NCBI RefSeq assembly: GCF_035594765.1
Contig: NC_085844.1
Location: 195,316,107-195,380,106, forward strand
Direction: 5' to 3'
Length of the DNA stretch: 64,000 nucleotides
Source of the DNA: Anolis carolinensis
Taxonomy: Eukaryota
Within the stretch, counting starts at the first letter, position 1. Each line of letters opens with the position of its first letter. The notes below the pieces were generated by a model, which saw only the letters and a program-made list of their open reading frames with translations, was not told the DNA's origin and searched no databases. This document shows positions 1-13,529 of this stretch, piece after piece. A program made the translations under genes and the position numbers.

Positions 1-206
1 ACTTGTAAGTCAAGGTATCACTATACTCTTTTGCACAAAAACCCTATTTTCCTTACATTTTCTTTATAGAAAACAGACTTTTGTGAAAATGACCATTTGT
101 TTTCTCAGCAAAAAATAACTGCTAAACTTTGGGACATTGCACACAAGAAAATGCTTTGCAAGATTCTCACTGGTTTATTATTTTTTCTGGCTGAGTTCCC
201 TGATTA

Positions 207-542
207 CAGTGTTCCCTCACTACTTCGCGGTTCACTTTTTGCGAATTCGCTATTTTGTGGTTTTTCAATAAACTCTAAAAGACTATTATAAATCATAAAA
301 AATTACAATTTACAGCCTAAGGAAGAGAGGAAGGAGAAGCTGAAGGGAGAGAAAAGGAGCCCAAGCGGCAACTGGAGGAGAAGGAGGTGATTTATCAACA
401 CACGATTGGTTAATAAAGACATAAAATAGTGTGTAAAATAATGTACAAATATTAAAATAAATATAGTGTCCCTATTTCGCGGATTTTCACTTATTGCGCG
501 TGGTCCTGGAACCTAACCCCTACGATGAGTGAGGAAACACTG
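207..542. mobile_element. Tc1/mariner (Tigger/pogo-like) MITE
   Basis: TA-flanked TIRs cagtgttccctcact / agtgaggaaacactg. Confidence 0.8.
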
Positions 543-1025
543 TATTCCCAATTTTAAAAAATAATTAAAATAAATAATTAAGAGTATTTTTTCCTTCCCC
601 AGTGGAGAGTTTAGGATTAGTGCAGTTCCTTCCTGAGCATATATTTGATGGCGCACATGGTTTCACTTTATGTTACGTATGCCTTAGTGATCTCTCTTAT
701 TTGGATGACTTAACAATAGCTGTTGTATTAGAGCTACCGGAAGAGAGATACACTCCCACCTCAAACCTTTTGGGAATTTAGCTTGGCCATCTCTGAAAAA
801 GACTGGGATTGGCAAATAGTAGTTTCCCTTCTTTCATATTCTGCAAGATGAATTCACCGAAGGATGTTCCACCACCCTTAATGTAGGCTTCTTTCCAGCC
901 ACACACGTGCGTGACTTCCTGAGTCTCCTAAACAGTGAGGCAGGAGCCCCTGAGTGTGCAACGTCACTATTTAATTAGTCCTCCCTGATTAACAAAACTT
1001 GGCGTTCAGCTTCCTTCTGCCCTCA

Positions 1026-1213
1026 NNNNNNNNNNNNNNNNNNNNNNNNNNNNNNNNNNNNNNNNNNNNNNNNNNNNNNNNNNNNNNNNNNNNNNNNNNN
1101 NNNNNNNNNNNNNNNNNNNNNNNNNNNNNNNNNNNNNNNNNNNNNNNNNNNNNNNNNNNNNNNNNNNNNNNNNNNNNNNNNNNNNNNNNNNNNNNNNNNN
1201 NNNNNNNNNNNNN
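1026..1213. other. Assembly gap (188 N)
   Basis: Run of N. Confidence 1.
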
Positions 1214-2891
1214 CTTAATGAGATAGAGTGGGGCTCTTTTAAAAAAAATCTTTTCAAGAGCTCAACAGAAAGCAAGCAGTGGGTGAAACCAGAATGCCAG
1301 TGCCTGGCACCTTTTCAGTTGCTGTAGGCAGCAAAAGCAGGCCAATTGCTTCACCCAGGCATTCCTTTCTTCTGGAGGGAGGGAGGCTTTGGGTTTGAAC
1401 CTGGCTGGATACAGTTCAGCCCTGGCTAAAGACACTGTAGCTGCAGAATTATTTAAGACTTATCTGATTTCTTCCAGATTGAAGGAAAGTAGGAAGATGC
1501 ATTGTACCAGTTTGGATCATTGGCCTTTTTAGTGCAATACTGTCTACAGTGATTAAAATTGGCCTCCTGTGGCTTCAAACATCCCCGGTCTTGCTTGAGT
1601 ATATTACAGATACAGCATAGGATGCTTGCACATACTCTGCCACCGTGCAATGGCCATTTCCAGAAGGCCTAGCAAATGTATTGGGGAGTCTGGTCTTTGC
1701 TAACTTGATATCCCTTGATGCACAATAATTTTGCTTCATATTTTATAGATGGTGGGACAGTTCTAATGGGTTGAATTAATATATTGACCCTTTCCAAATC
1801 TGCATTCAGTTTTACCTGTTGAACATTTTCTGTAAAAGTCTCCAGTTATTTCTAAATACTTTGCCAACTGTGTATTGTTTGGGCTAGTTCAGTTTTTAGA
1901 TGGTATTTCTTCAGTCATAAATAGGAATCCCATATGTACAGGGAAACCCGTTATTTCGGTGATATGGGTGGAAAGAGACAACATGAAATGTTAAGTCCAG
2001 GTAACCACTGTTGATCACTTCTTTCTTCTTTAGAAATACTAACATGGGATTTCCCAGGAACTTTGCAAATTCAAGGATTTGTTAAAATACATAGGAAAGG
2101 AATGAACACACACACACACATTGTTTTTCTTGTGCTGTGTTCCAATTTTTTTCATTAAAATGAATATGGGACATAGCCAGCACAAGATCGGCAAAGGAAA
2201 AAGTGTAGAAGCATGAGACTTGCAATGGAACTTGTGATACTCTTTTAAGTGCTGTATTAATACATGAGGAAGGCTCAAAGGTGACTTCTTCCAAAATAAA
2301 AAAGTTGCAGTCAGATGAAAGTAGTAGATGAAAGCATTCATAGGTGTGATCCCATTAAAGGGGGTGCCTGGACTAAGCCAATCCTTGCTTCCTTAAATCT
2401 CTTCTAATTTACTGTAATGCTTTAAATTCATTTTAGCTCTTGCAGATTTTATTTTCTAATCCTTTCCCACATTTCCATGTGTTTGTGCATTAATTAAAGG
2501 GTAAAAAGCCACTCCGAGCAATCCCAGGTTGTTCTTCTCCTCCTGAACCCAAAGCCTTTTAAGATTAAGGAGCTGTTTTCTGAAGTCTTAGTAGTGCCTA
2601 GACCTGAGGAAGAATACTGAGGAAGAATACATATGCTGAAGCAGAGACTGGAAGTAAAGTGTTTGGGAGAAAATAATAGCACTATTGTGATGACACTTAT
2701 CTTCCAGATATCTGTGATTTTGGGTCTGCTTACTGTAAAAAAAATTCTTACAGTCTGAAGTGCTTCCATGAGTAGGGGAGGCATATTTCTTCTACATTTG
2801 ATATTAGTCTAGAGTGAGTTTGGAGACAGTATCAAGGTAGCCAATGTTTTGAAATCTTCTGTGAAATAGGAACTACTATGATGCATCAGTG

Positions 2892-3326
2892 CAGGGGTCC
2901 CCAAACTAAGGCCTGGGGGCCGGATGCGGCCCTCCGAGGTCATTTACCTGGCCCCCGCCCTCAGTTTTATAATATAATATATTGCATATACATATAATAT
3001 TGATAATAATATTATAATGTAATACAATATAACACTGATAATAATACCATATAATAATATTAATTATATATTCTATATTACATATGATATTACTAATAAT
3101 ATTACAGTATAGTGGTATAGTTCAATATAGTAATATATAATGCAAATATTGTGCTATGCTAATAATATAATATATTGTATGTGCATATAATTTGTAAGCC
3201 ACTCTGAATCCCCTTTGGGGTGAGAAGGGTGTGATACAAATGTAGTAAATAAATGCAGTAAATAAATAAATAATAAATAAATTTTAGACTTAGGCTCACC
3301 CAAAGTCTGAAATGACTTGAAGGCAC

Positions 3327-3364
<38 letters not shown>

Positions 3365-3633
3365 CTTAATTAACTTGACTATCTCATTGGCCAGAAGCAG
3401 GACCACATTTCCCATTGAAATCCTGATAAATGTATGTTGGTTAAAATTGTTTTTATTTTTAAATATTGTATTGTTATTTCATTGTTCTTGTTGTTGTTGT
3501 TTTTGCACCACAAATAAGACATGTGCAATGTGCATCGGAATTTGTTTGTATTTTTTTAAAATGATAATCCAGCCCCTCAACAGTCTGAAGGATTGTGGAC
3601 CGGCCCTCGGCTTAAAAAGTTTGAGGACCCCTG
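2892..3633 (+). mobile_element. Non-autonomous hAT transposon, 8-bp TSD CATCAGTG
   Basis: TIR caggggtccccaaact / agtttgaggacccctg; TSD at 2884-2891 and 3634-3641. Confidence 0.93.
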
Positions 3634-3901
3634 CATCAGTGTATAGATTTTTGGATTTAGACTTGAAGAACTTGAGTCCTGATGTTACAGTTTTGGACAT
3701 GACATTTTGCCTTGGTCCTTGGCCCATTGCGGTAAACCTTTGGCTGGTTCCTCATCTCATGCATTTAAGAACCACTGCTTTAATATTATCTTTCTATCTA
3801 TTCAAGGAACTTCTCAGTTCCTCAGTTAAAGAGGTTTAGATGTTTCTCTCGGCCATTTTCTGAGATGTGTTAATAAAATTTGGACAACAAAAATCTAAAT
3901 G

Positions 3902-4245
3902 CAGCAGAGTCTCGCTTATCCAACATAAACAGGCCAGCAAAACGTTGGATAAGCAGAAATGTTGGATAATAATGAGGGATTAAGGAAAAGCCTATTAAAC
4001 GTCAAATTACATTATGATTTTACAAATTAAGTACCAAAACATCATGTTTTACAATAAATCAACAGAAAAAGCAGTTCAATACATGATAACGTTATGTAGT
4101 AATTACTGTATTTATGAATTTAACACCGAAATATTGCAATGTATTGAAAATATTGACTACAAAAACATTGACTACTAAAAGGCTTACTGTGTTGGATAAT
4201 CCAGAACATTGGATAGGCGAAGGTTGGATAAGCGAGATTCTACTG
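3902..4245 (+). mobile_element. Tc1/mariner MITE, CAGTAGAGTCTC-TIR family
   Basis: TIR ...ttatccaac; homologous to 5094-5417 and 59978-60300. Confidence 0.88.
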
Positions 4246-5093
4246 TACATGAAAATACTGTATCAGCTGGAAACAACTCAGTTCCTTGTTTACTTTTATT
4301 TTGTTTGTATAATCTTGCCAAGAAAACCCAATTATAGGTTTGCCTTAGGGACTATCTTCATGGCATCTTAAAACATTATTTTCCCTTTTGTTGTAAAGTT
4401 TAAGTGCCCAATTAAGGGCAAGATTAACTGGTCTTGTTGTATAACTTGCTGTGGTAGTTTGGGACTTTGTTCCTTTTCACAGCAGGCAATTCAAGTACCC
4501 TTTAGGTGTTTCAGATTATATGTATAATCCCTGACTATTGACTTTGCTGGATATGGATGCTGTACAACAAAACTTCTTGAGGGTGCCTAGCAAAACTGTT
4601 GTTTCACCACTTTCACGTGATGGTGTACCAGCTAACTCTGCAGCTAACTTTGTTAACCCTTGTCATTGGGTATTGAAGCAGTTGCTTAGCTCCAGGTTGA
4701 TGTGTTTCTTTTCTGAGTGAAGACCTTTTGTATTCACTTCTGAGTGAAGACCTTTTGTATTTTGCTGGGGTTGATAAATACAGTGTTGTTCCTGGGCTCC
4801 AGTTTTTCCTTTCTCTGTGCATCCAGAGTCTGAAAGAATGTATTGGGCAAACCAATTTGATTGAAATGTCGGGGAGGGGCTGAAATTGCAGAATTAGTTA
4901 CTGAGTATGAATTGTCTTACAGCTGTGTGAATTTCGATCTCTAAAATTATGTTTACCAAGAGTATGTTCCAGCAGCTAACCAGACCTCAGACCGAATTCT
5001 GCAGCAATATTCAAAATAGTTTTATGCTAAGGTATGATAGAAAATTGGTCTGTTTCCTAAATTTTCCAATGGGGGGTAAGCTTCAAATGTATA

Positions 5094-5417
5094 CAGTAGA
5101 GTCTCACTTATCCAACATTCGCTTATCCAATGTTCTGGATTATCCAACACATTTTTGTAGTCCATGTTTTCAATACATCGTGATATTTTGGTGCTAAATT
5201 CGTAAATACGGTAATTACTACATAGCATTACTGCATATTGAACTACTTTTTCTGTCAAATTTGTTGTATAACATGATGTTTTTGGTGCTTATTTTGTAAA
5301 ATCATAACCTAATTTGATGTTTAATAGGCTTCTCCTTAATCTCTCCTTATTATCCAACATACTCGATTATCTAACGTTCTGCCGGCCCACTTATGTTGGA
5401 TAAGTGAGACTCTACTG
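5094..5417 (-). mobile_element. Tc1/mariner MITE, same family
   Basis: TA|cagtagagtctcacttatccaac ... gttggataagtgagactctactg|TA. Confidence 0.92.
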
Positions 5418-8137
5418 TACTGTAGTATTTAAAAAAAAAGTGTAGTCCTGTAAATTTGAGCTTCATAATTACTTTTCAGACTAATTTGGTTTGTTTTTGA
5501 TGGCTCAGACTATCCATGGATTTGGATATAGGAACATGTATTTCTACACCTACGCGATTTTGTGTGTAACCCTATCTGGGATGTGTTTGGTTTGGCTTCC
5601 ATCATTGAGTAATCAGGAATAGTTTGCTCCATAGACACTATAGTTGTGATGTACCATCTCCTCTCTTGCTTGTAATGTTGCATATTCGGTATTCTCTAAA
5701 TTCAGTGAGAGACAAAGTGGAAGGCAAGTGCATGAATGGTGTTGATTTTGACCATTTGGGTCTGGAGCACAAGAATGCTTTCTGACAGTTAACACATATG
5801 CTGTTCACAAAATCAAGATAGAGATGAATTTTCTCTCTTGCTTGTCCCTATTTTTCTTGCTAGATGAAGCACAGCACCGTTAACATACAGTATTATACAT
5901 TCTTAGGTATTTAGCTATCTCAACATTTTGCAAAGAAAGATTAAAGGACATTCTTACAACTGCTTTCCATGTTTTTCTACTGCTGAGTATAAAAGATTGT
6001 GTCAGATGGTCTTTGAGCTTTGTTTTTGCAAGGGACATTTATTAAGTAGAAGACATGAGTCTTTATAATGTATACAGGTGTCTGTTGTGTTTTGTATAGG
6101 GAATCCATTGGGTAGGGAAGGCAACAGCAGAACCTTTGATGGAAGAAGGTTCTGTGGCAGTTGGCTTCACCATTGGGAAAGATGTGAACTCATGGAGTTT
6201 CTTGTTGCTCTCCGTAACAAATACATTCTTGGCAAGAGAAGTTATTTATTCTGTGTTTGTAAGAGCAAAGCACAGGGCTATGAGGTGATTAATTTATGAT
6301 TGAAGCAGGAATCTGTTGCAAAATATGTGCAGAGTTGGAATATCAGTTACAGATGCTCTAAAAAGGAGGGGAACCTTTGACCTATTCAGCTTTGTTGGGT
6401 GTCCAACCCCTTAAGCCTTGGCATGACTGGAGCTTGGAGTCTATAAATACTCCGATGGGTACAGGATCCTCATCTTTCCTTGTAACTCTTGCTGCAAGCA
6501 TCTTAGGTTGCCTTTCCTATTTTGGAATATATGAAGGTAGGGTCTTAAAAGTGAAGTGGGATAGAGAGCATGTGGTGTTAGCCTTATATTTAGTAGCAAG
6601 AAAAGAGAAATAATATGGTAAAGACTCAGGTTCAGTGGGTGGCATTCCTCTAAATATTGCAGTTGAGGTGATGTAAGGGAAGTATGTTCTCTGTAGTCAA
6701 AGGAATAAGTTGTGAAAGGGGAAGCATGAAGAGTATATTGAGGGTCCAGGCAGTTTTTGTGTATGATAGCACTATCATTAATGTGAAAAATTCAGAGTGC
6801 TTCCAAAATATGAATGGCTGCTGAAAAAATGCATGTTGATGCTGAATGCTTTCATCAATATTCTTATTTTGGGGGTTTATTATTACACATCTAAGGTTTT
6901 ATTCTATGTATATGTGCAATTATATGTACACATCTGCAAATACTCGTTTTTAAAATTTGAAAGAATAACATGTATGCATTGTTCTGTGTCCTTAGTCTCT
7001 GTGGGAGATCTGTGTCCACATAGCAAAACCAGCTGATCTCTGTGCTCTCCCTTCCAGGGAAACCCCAGGCATCCATCAGTCTGTTAATTGCACTAATTAG
7101 AGAGTGTGGAGGTGTTAATTGGAAAACCGTAGTTTTGTGCCTGTTTAGGGGAAGCAAACGTCAATAAAAATTAATTGATGACTTGGCATGGCATATGCAC
7201 TTCACAGGTTAGCGGAGAGTCAAAAGATGTCAAGGCAAATGTTACTGCTCAGATTAAGCAATTGTTAATTAAAAAGCAGCTGTAATTAATATGACTTTCT
7301 GCCATATGGTATTAGGTCGTTCTCTTTCTACGCTTGTAGCTTCTTTCTTTCTTTCTTTCTTTCTTTCTTTTCAAGTAAGAGGTATACTTGAAGCAAACAT
7401 AGAAAGTGAGATAAAATTAGGTAATATTGTTTTTGAAACACTTTTTCAAATTTCCTGCTGAGATGGTCAATAATGAGCAATCCATTTGCAAATCTTCAGT
7501 CCATAATTGAAGGATGGCTAGTACCCCCCTTCCCATAGCTCTTTTGTATGTTTTACTTCGATATGTGATTATTGTTCCCAGAGAGACTGGAAAAAGTAGT
7601 ATTGCTTCTTTGATGTTTTACTTCTCTTTTTAATTTTTTGAAAGATGCTTTGCATGAAACAAGGTTTTTTCAGTAAACAAAGCCTGTCAGGGTTGTCAAA
7701 ATCTTCCAGTTGTCAATTCTCATTGACTGCCATTGTGATATATCTTACCAACCATGTCTGTGTTTCAAGAACGCAGAGACACACCTGTACAATGTGGGCA
7801 GACAGTCTGCCCACATTGATGGGATGTCATTTAGAGGAAAGTGGAATGTTCTTGGGTGTCACCTGGCTATATACTGCATTCTTGTTCTGGTTTGTGCTCA
7901 CATGGCTCTGAACCAAAACAACATGATGTACCCTGCCATAGTTGTTGATGGGAATCTATTTAGTTACGCTATAGGAACAGGCTGTAGTTATATCAACAGC
8001 TCCTTTACATTTCCTGTCTACTGTATTGATAACCAGTGATAGGAACGTGGTAATTAAGATGAATTAAGTGATGAATTAAGTTGGAAATCTGCTAACTTAC
8101 GTTAAAAATATTTTTCAACGAAAGGCATTGACTTACA

Positions 8138-8361
8138 GAGCCAGCATGCTGAAGAAGTTTGAGTTTTGGACCCTTGTTCAGCCACGGAAGCGCACTGGGT
8201 AAGCAACACTCTCAGTCTCAGAGGAGGGCAAAGATAACCCCCCTCTGACCTTCTGACACAATCCTCTGACATAATACCTTGCCAAGAAAACCCCGTGATA
8301 GGGTCACCTTAGGACCATCATAATCAGAAGTGATTTGAAGATTCAAAACAACAACAACAAC
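8138..8361 (+). mobile_element. Anolis SINE2-like tRNA-derived SINE
   Basis: gagccagcat head, ttgccaagaaaacccc.tgatagggt core, (CAA)n tail; homologous copies elsewhere in the window. Confidence 0.7.
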
Positions 8362-8654
8362 TTCTATTTGCATTTCAGCATAAATATTTCTGCACAATTA
8401 CAATTAAATGAGCCAGTGCTAAAGTGTCCACAAATATTACATTACTCAGTTCATAGCATTGTTCTCTTGAATTATTGCAATACTACTACTTTCTTTTCAT
8501 TAGTCCCCCAAGGTTTGGATATGCCAGGTTCCTTACTAAAGAGTAGTTCCAATGGGATAAACTGGTGTAATAAGCTTTGGAAGTTAGCAACATTTTTCCC
8601 CACTCCATTTCAAAAAATAAAGGGTGCAATCAAATGCACATTTATTCAGAAGTA

Positions 8655-9017
8655 CAGTTGTTCCTCCACATTTGCTGTTTTGACTTATGGATTTGATTTT
8701 TCATGGTTTTGATTAAAATGATATCTCTGGGAATCTCTAGGTCCTTCGTGTGACTATGTGGTCAACTTCCTCTAGTCATACCGGAGGACCTATAAATTTA
8801 TAAAGAAAACATCTCCCTAGGAATTTCTAGATTCCTCCCAATGTGATTCTGTGATCAGCTTCCAGCATGTTGACCATAGAGTTGAGCTGGAACAGCTAGA
8901 AATTCTTAGATAAGTGTTCCCTCAAGGAAATAACCCCTAGCAATTTATTTGTGGATGTTCACCTTCATGGGCATCCTGTGTCCCTGTTCCCAGTGCATGT
9001 GGATGGAGGACTGACTG
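8655..9017. mobile_element. Older Tigger-like MITE
   Basis: TA|cagttgttcctccacat ... atggaggactgactg|TA, with internal ctag-containing repeats. Confidence 0.6.
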
Positions 9018-9059
9018 TAGATCACATTAAGTTCAGGGAAGAAACTCCTAAGTGCACCT

Positions 9060-9710
9060 ATTATTTATTTATTTATTTATTTATTTGCTGTATTATACCT
9101 TGCCCTTATCACCCGGAAGGGGGACTCAGAGCGGCCTTACAATGGGTAATAATTCAATGCCATGTAAAACAACATATAATTAAATAAACATAGATTAAAG
9201 CATAGAAGTAAAAACATAATCATTAAAACCAATTATTAAAACAACACAATCTGAAATCATATTGTAGGAGCCGTTCCTGTCATTATTGCACATATCCCAA
9301 CTTCACTTATTGTACTGAATTACCAAAGACTTGGTCCCATAGCCACATTTTTAATTTCTTCCTAAAAGTCAGGAGGGAGGGAGCCGACCTGATTTTGCTA
9401 GGGAAGGAGTTCCATGGCCGAGGGGCCACCACTGAGAAGGCCCTGTCTCTCGTCCCCACCAACTGCATCTGTGAAGGAGGCGGGACTGAGAGCAGGGCCT
9501 CCCCAGACAATCCTAACCTCCGAGATGGTTCATAGAGAAGATATGTTCAGACAGGTAAGCTGGGCCAGAACCGTTTAGGGCTTTATAGGCTAAAGCCAGC
9601 CCTTTGAATTGTGCTCGGTAGCAGACTGGCAGCCAGTGGAACTGACGTAACAGGGGAGTTGTATGCTCCCTGTACACTGCTCCAGTGAGACATTTGGCTG
9701 CCTACTGTTG
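9060..9710 (-). mobile_element. L2 LINE 3' fragment
   Basis: Minus strand encodes ...HWLPVCYRAQFK...RAFSVVAPRPWNSFP..IRSAPSLLTFRKKLK, then a 3' stem-loop and (TAAA)n tail. Confidence 0.85.
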
Positions 9711-10033
9711 CCAAGTCTAAAATAGCAGTCTAAATCTACGCTTCTTTGTAGTCTGCTTCAGACATCACATTCCAATCCATAGTCTATGTTTTGGAAGTTA
9801 GGGATGTGCCATGGGTTCACCCCTCCCACCCTATGCATTGATACCATCCTCTGTGTCTTGCCTCCTCTCGTGATAGTCCTATTGTAGACTCTAAAACAGG
9901 GAGTCTAGGCTTTATGTTAAATATGCTAACAATTCCTTCCAAAATGTAGTTCAGAGGAAATCTTGGTTAGTGTCAACCACCATTTGTTAGTTGGAGGTCT
10001 AGACTAATCAAAAGAAGAAAGGAGGAGCAAATT

Positions 10034-10249
10034 TGTTGAAGGCTTTCACAGCCGGAATCACTGGAGTGTTGTGTGGTTTCTGGGCTGTATAGCTGTGTTC
10101 TAGCAGCATTTTCTCCTGATGTTTCTCCTTCATCTGTGACTGGCATCTTCAGAGGATCCTCCGAAGATCCCAACCACCAAAGCAGGTGAAACGTTAGGAG
10201 AAAATGCTGCTAGAACACGGCAATACAGCCCAGAAACCAAACAACACCT
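10034..10249. mobile_element. Penelope-like element remnant: two inverted pLTR fragments within a 12-bp TSD GAGGAGCAAATT
   Basis: Minus copy 10034-~10155 and plus copy ~10157-10249; TSD at 10022-10033 and 10250-10261. Confidence 0.8.
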
Positions 10250-12029
10250 GAGGAGCAAATTGTGTGCAAGAGGGACACTTTACTGAGGTTACTGCTTTTG
10301 AGGCTGAGGCTAAGACTATGGTTAGAAGCAGGCAGTTGAGTAAGCTTGTTGAACTTAAGTAGGTGTAGGTCTCTTTGGTATATAGAGGAAGGACTATGTG
10401 GGAACTATAATATGGGCCATTTTGAACTCCATGGAACAAGATGCACATAAATTGTACGTGAATTGTTTGTGAACTGTAGCTGACTTTTGCCATGCAAATG
10501 TGTGCATCTGTTAAAATGTTGTAGTTTGAACTATGATACGTACACTCAGACTGCACCATGTGAAGTAGACCTAAGGCTTATTAGAGAAGGAATCATATAT
10601 GCATATTTTGAATTAGCTTCTGGTGAACTCAGCCTTCAGGGTGAACATTTGATGTGTTATAAAAGTCATGATTTAAAACTATGTCCAGATCATGGTGTTT
10701 TAAAAAGCAATAACCTAAGGGTTTTGTTACCACTTTCTTGAGTTTAGAACCACTTTTAGGGCTCTATGTCATGTTTTTCTTGGCAAGCCTCAGATGCAGG
10801 GATAAACTTGCTTTTTCTTCTGCTTCCCTTGGCTATAAAAGGGAAGCGGGAAATTATATGTTGCTGGCATTTATCAATAGAGGGTTAAATATCTGACAAA
10901 TATGTCTAAAACACTCTCACTTGTCTTGGGACTCTTTCCCTTTACAAGAAAATTGATTTTTCTCAGAAAATACATGTGTTTGAAAAAAATTGCCAAACAC
11001 GTGGAAGTCTGACAATTGAAATTAACAGCTGGAAAAATTATAAATGGAATGGAGAAAACTGGTCTGCATTATAGTAAATAAAAACTGACAAATATGTAGG
11101 TTAGGTTATTAAAACTGCAATCAAAAAGTCCGATTTCACTAAAATTTTATCACTTGCCTCCTACACTTTGCTCAAATGTTATGTAAGCTGCACGGCAGAG
11201 AAGTATGCAGAAAATATTTATTTTGTCTGATTTGTTCTTGGTATTTCTGTTTTCTAGATCAGATAAACATTTTGCCATGAGCAGTATTAAGGCTAAAGGC
11301 ACAATTAGTAATATTTGTTTCATTATAATGTTATGTATAGAATGCTTAGCCTATTGGTTTTTAAAGTATTGCCATGTGGACAGTAAGTGGGATTTTTGAA
11401 TGCCAATGTGTATCCTGTATGTAACGGAATCATCAGGATATATGTCTCTATCAATTTGGAAAAATATAGTATTTTTCATTTTGAAATTTTCAGGATTTTT
11501 GTGATACAGTTTTTAGGGACAACAAAGAAATACATGTTTGAAATCCTTGGATGCCTACATGCAATCCTTTCATTTGAACATTTAGCATTTCAGGAAGTGG
11601 AAATTATTTGGAACACGAGTTTGCTTACCTTTAAAACAGTTTTTTCTAGTGAAAAATCTCACATCACAGGTGCCAAGGATTTTACCTGGAATCTTTTGTA
11701 CTCTAGGTATATAATCCATCCTTTATATCTACAGCTGAACAGTACAATGTCCAATGTCATAATTGATATATTTGGTTTATACTACTTTTGTTTCCCATCA
11801 CAGAAGTCTTTTTGACAGGCTGATACAGAATTAAGTGAGTGCTGGGGTGGGGAGTGGAAATGTTTCAAGCATGATAGGAAAAGCCTTTGCAATAGGACAC
11901 AATGCTCTTGTTTTTCTAATATTTTTTACAACAGAATTGTGGTTATTTCTTAGGGAGGACATTACCAATATCTTTCCAGATTCTCTAAATCTAGCTATAA
12001 CTGTTCTTTTAATCAAGGATTTTCATATA

Positions 12030-12143
12030 TGAGGAAGGCAATAGTAAGCCCTCTCTGATCAAATCTTTACAGAAACCCCTGTGATAGGTTTGCCTTAGAG
12101 TTGCCATAAGTTAGAAATAACTTGAAAGCACAGAACAATAACA
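12030..12143 (+). mobile_element. Anolis SINE2-like 3' fragment
   Basis: gaggaaggcaa...gaaacccctgtgataggtttgccttag...cttgaaagcacagaacaataac. Confidence 0.65.
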
Positions 12144-13529
12144 GCTAGATCAGGAAAAATAATAATTATGAAAGCAAAGGTTCTTTTTCTTTGTTGCCTG
12201 GTTTTAAACAACTTATTTCGAGAGAAAAGTGTGTGTCATTAGAACTTCATGAAATAGAAGGGCGCACTATTGGAAAGCAGCTTTTTACAATTAGCTTGCA
12301 GCCATAAGAGCTGAATGAGATCCCTATTTTGTTTACCATGGTAACTTCATAACTTCTACATCTTGAGCCCAGTAATCTTTGGCGCAGAAAGTTGTTCTTC
12401 CAATGTCCTCTCACCCTATGCCTTGGCATCACTATCCCAAATGTATATTTTCAATAAAGACAAAAATGCAGTAATCTCTGTGCCCTTGAATTCTCCCGAA
12501 GCTACAAGTATATGTGTGTGTGTGTGTGTGTTTGATAGTGTGAGGGACTTCAGGAGGGAGTCGACAACTCCACATGGGAATTAATGTCATTCATACACCC
12601 TGCGGAAATGACTTTTGAAATGCATATAATCTCAAACATGCAAATGAGAGGCTTGCTTCACCCTGTTTAATATGAATGATCAGCTTCTGAATAGCTATTA
12701 TTACACGCCACATTTCAGCAATTATGTTGTTCCCAGTTTGTCGATCTATCGTGCCAAAAAAAGAAGGGGGAAGCCTATACGGGGAAAGAAATGGTAGGAA
12801 AAAGAAATATCTCTCTTCGACCCTCTTCTCTTTTCAAACTTGCTGACTGCTTCGCTGCTCAGGCCCATTTGAGGGTTTTCTGCTTCAGTTCTTTGCTCCA
12901 GGAAGACGCTGCCTTCAAAGAGGCATTACTTTTGTTGTTTTCTTTGTCAAGAGACAAAATTAAAATGAGACACCCCAGTGTGTTGGGTGCGTGTTCCAGT
13001 TTTGTTTTACTGTTTGATTGTTGATAGCTTTATTAAGGAGAAATGGTATAGAATCAGGGTAGAAAAACATTTCCCATTGATCTTTAAAGAATTGGTGTTA
13101 TCCATTTTAAGATAATCAGTGTTTTGTCCTTTAAATTCATATAATCATTCGTAATGTTGCTAAAGATAATATGACAATATATTAGAAACTGTTTTCAGTT
13201 TCATATATAAAGCAAACTGCTAGCAGCTGTAGTTAAAGTGAAGGCCTTGAGAATGGGGCTATAGTGCTTTTTCAGAGATCTCAAACAAGAGACTAAAATT
13301 ATATCAAATTAAAAGGATTCTGAAAGAATCTTTCCTTGAGGGCATTTTGCACCTGATCCAAAATCTAGCTTTTGTAATTAAATTATGTCAAGCACATACC
13401 ACTTGTTGGGGCTATCTGGTGACAAATCTAGCTTTAGGTTTTCCCAGCAATTGTGCCAGATTCTATACCATGCCTCATTGTATTGGGATTTGAGCTGAGG
13501 AAGCATTGACTTCAAATAAGTTTATTTAG

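Noticed and set aside
4711-4761. 24-bp direct duplication (similar short ones near 14087-14140 and 23854-23887)
   Set aside because: Ordinary slippage duplications with no further structure.
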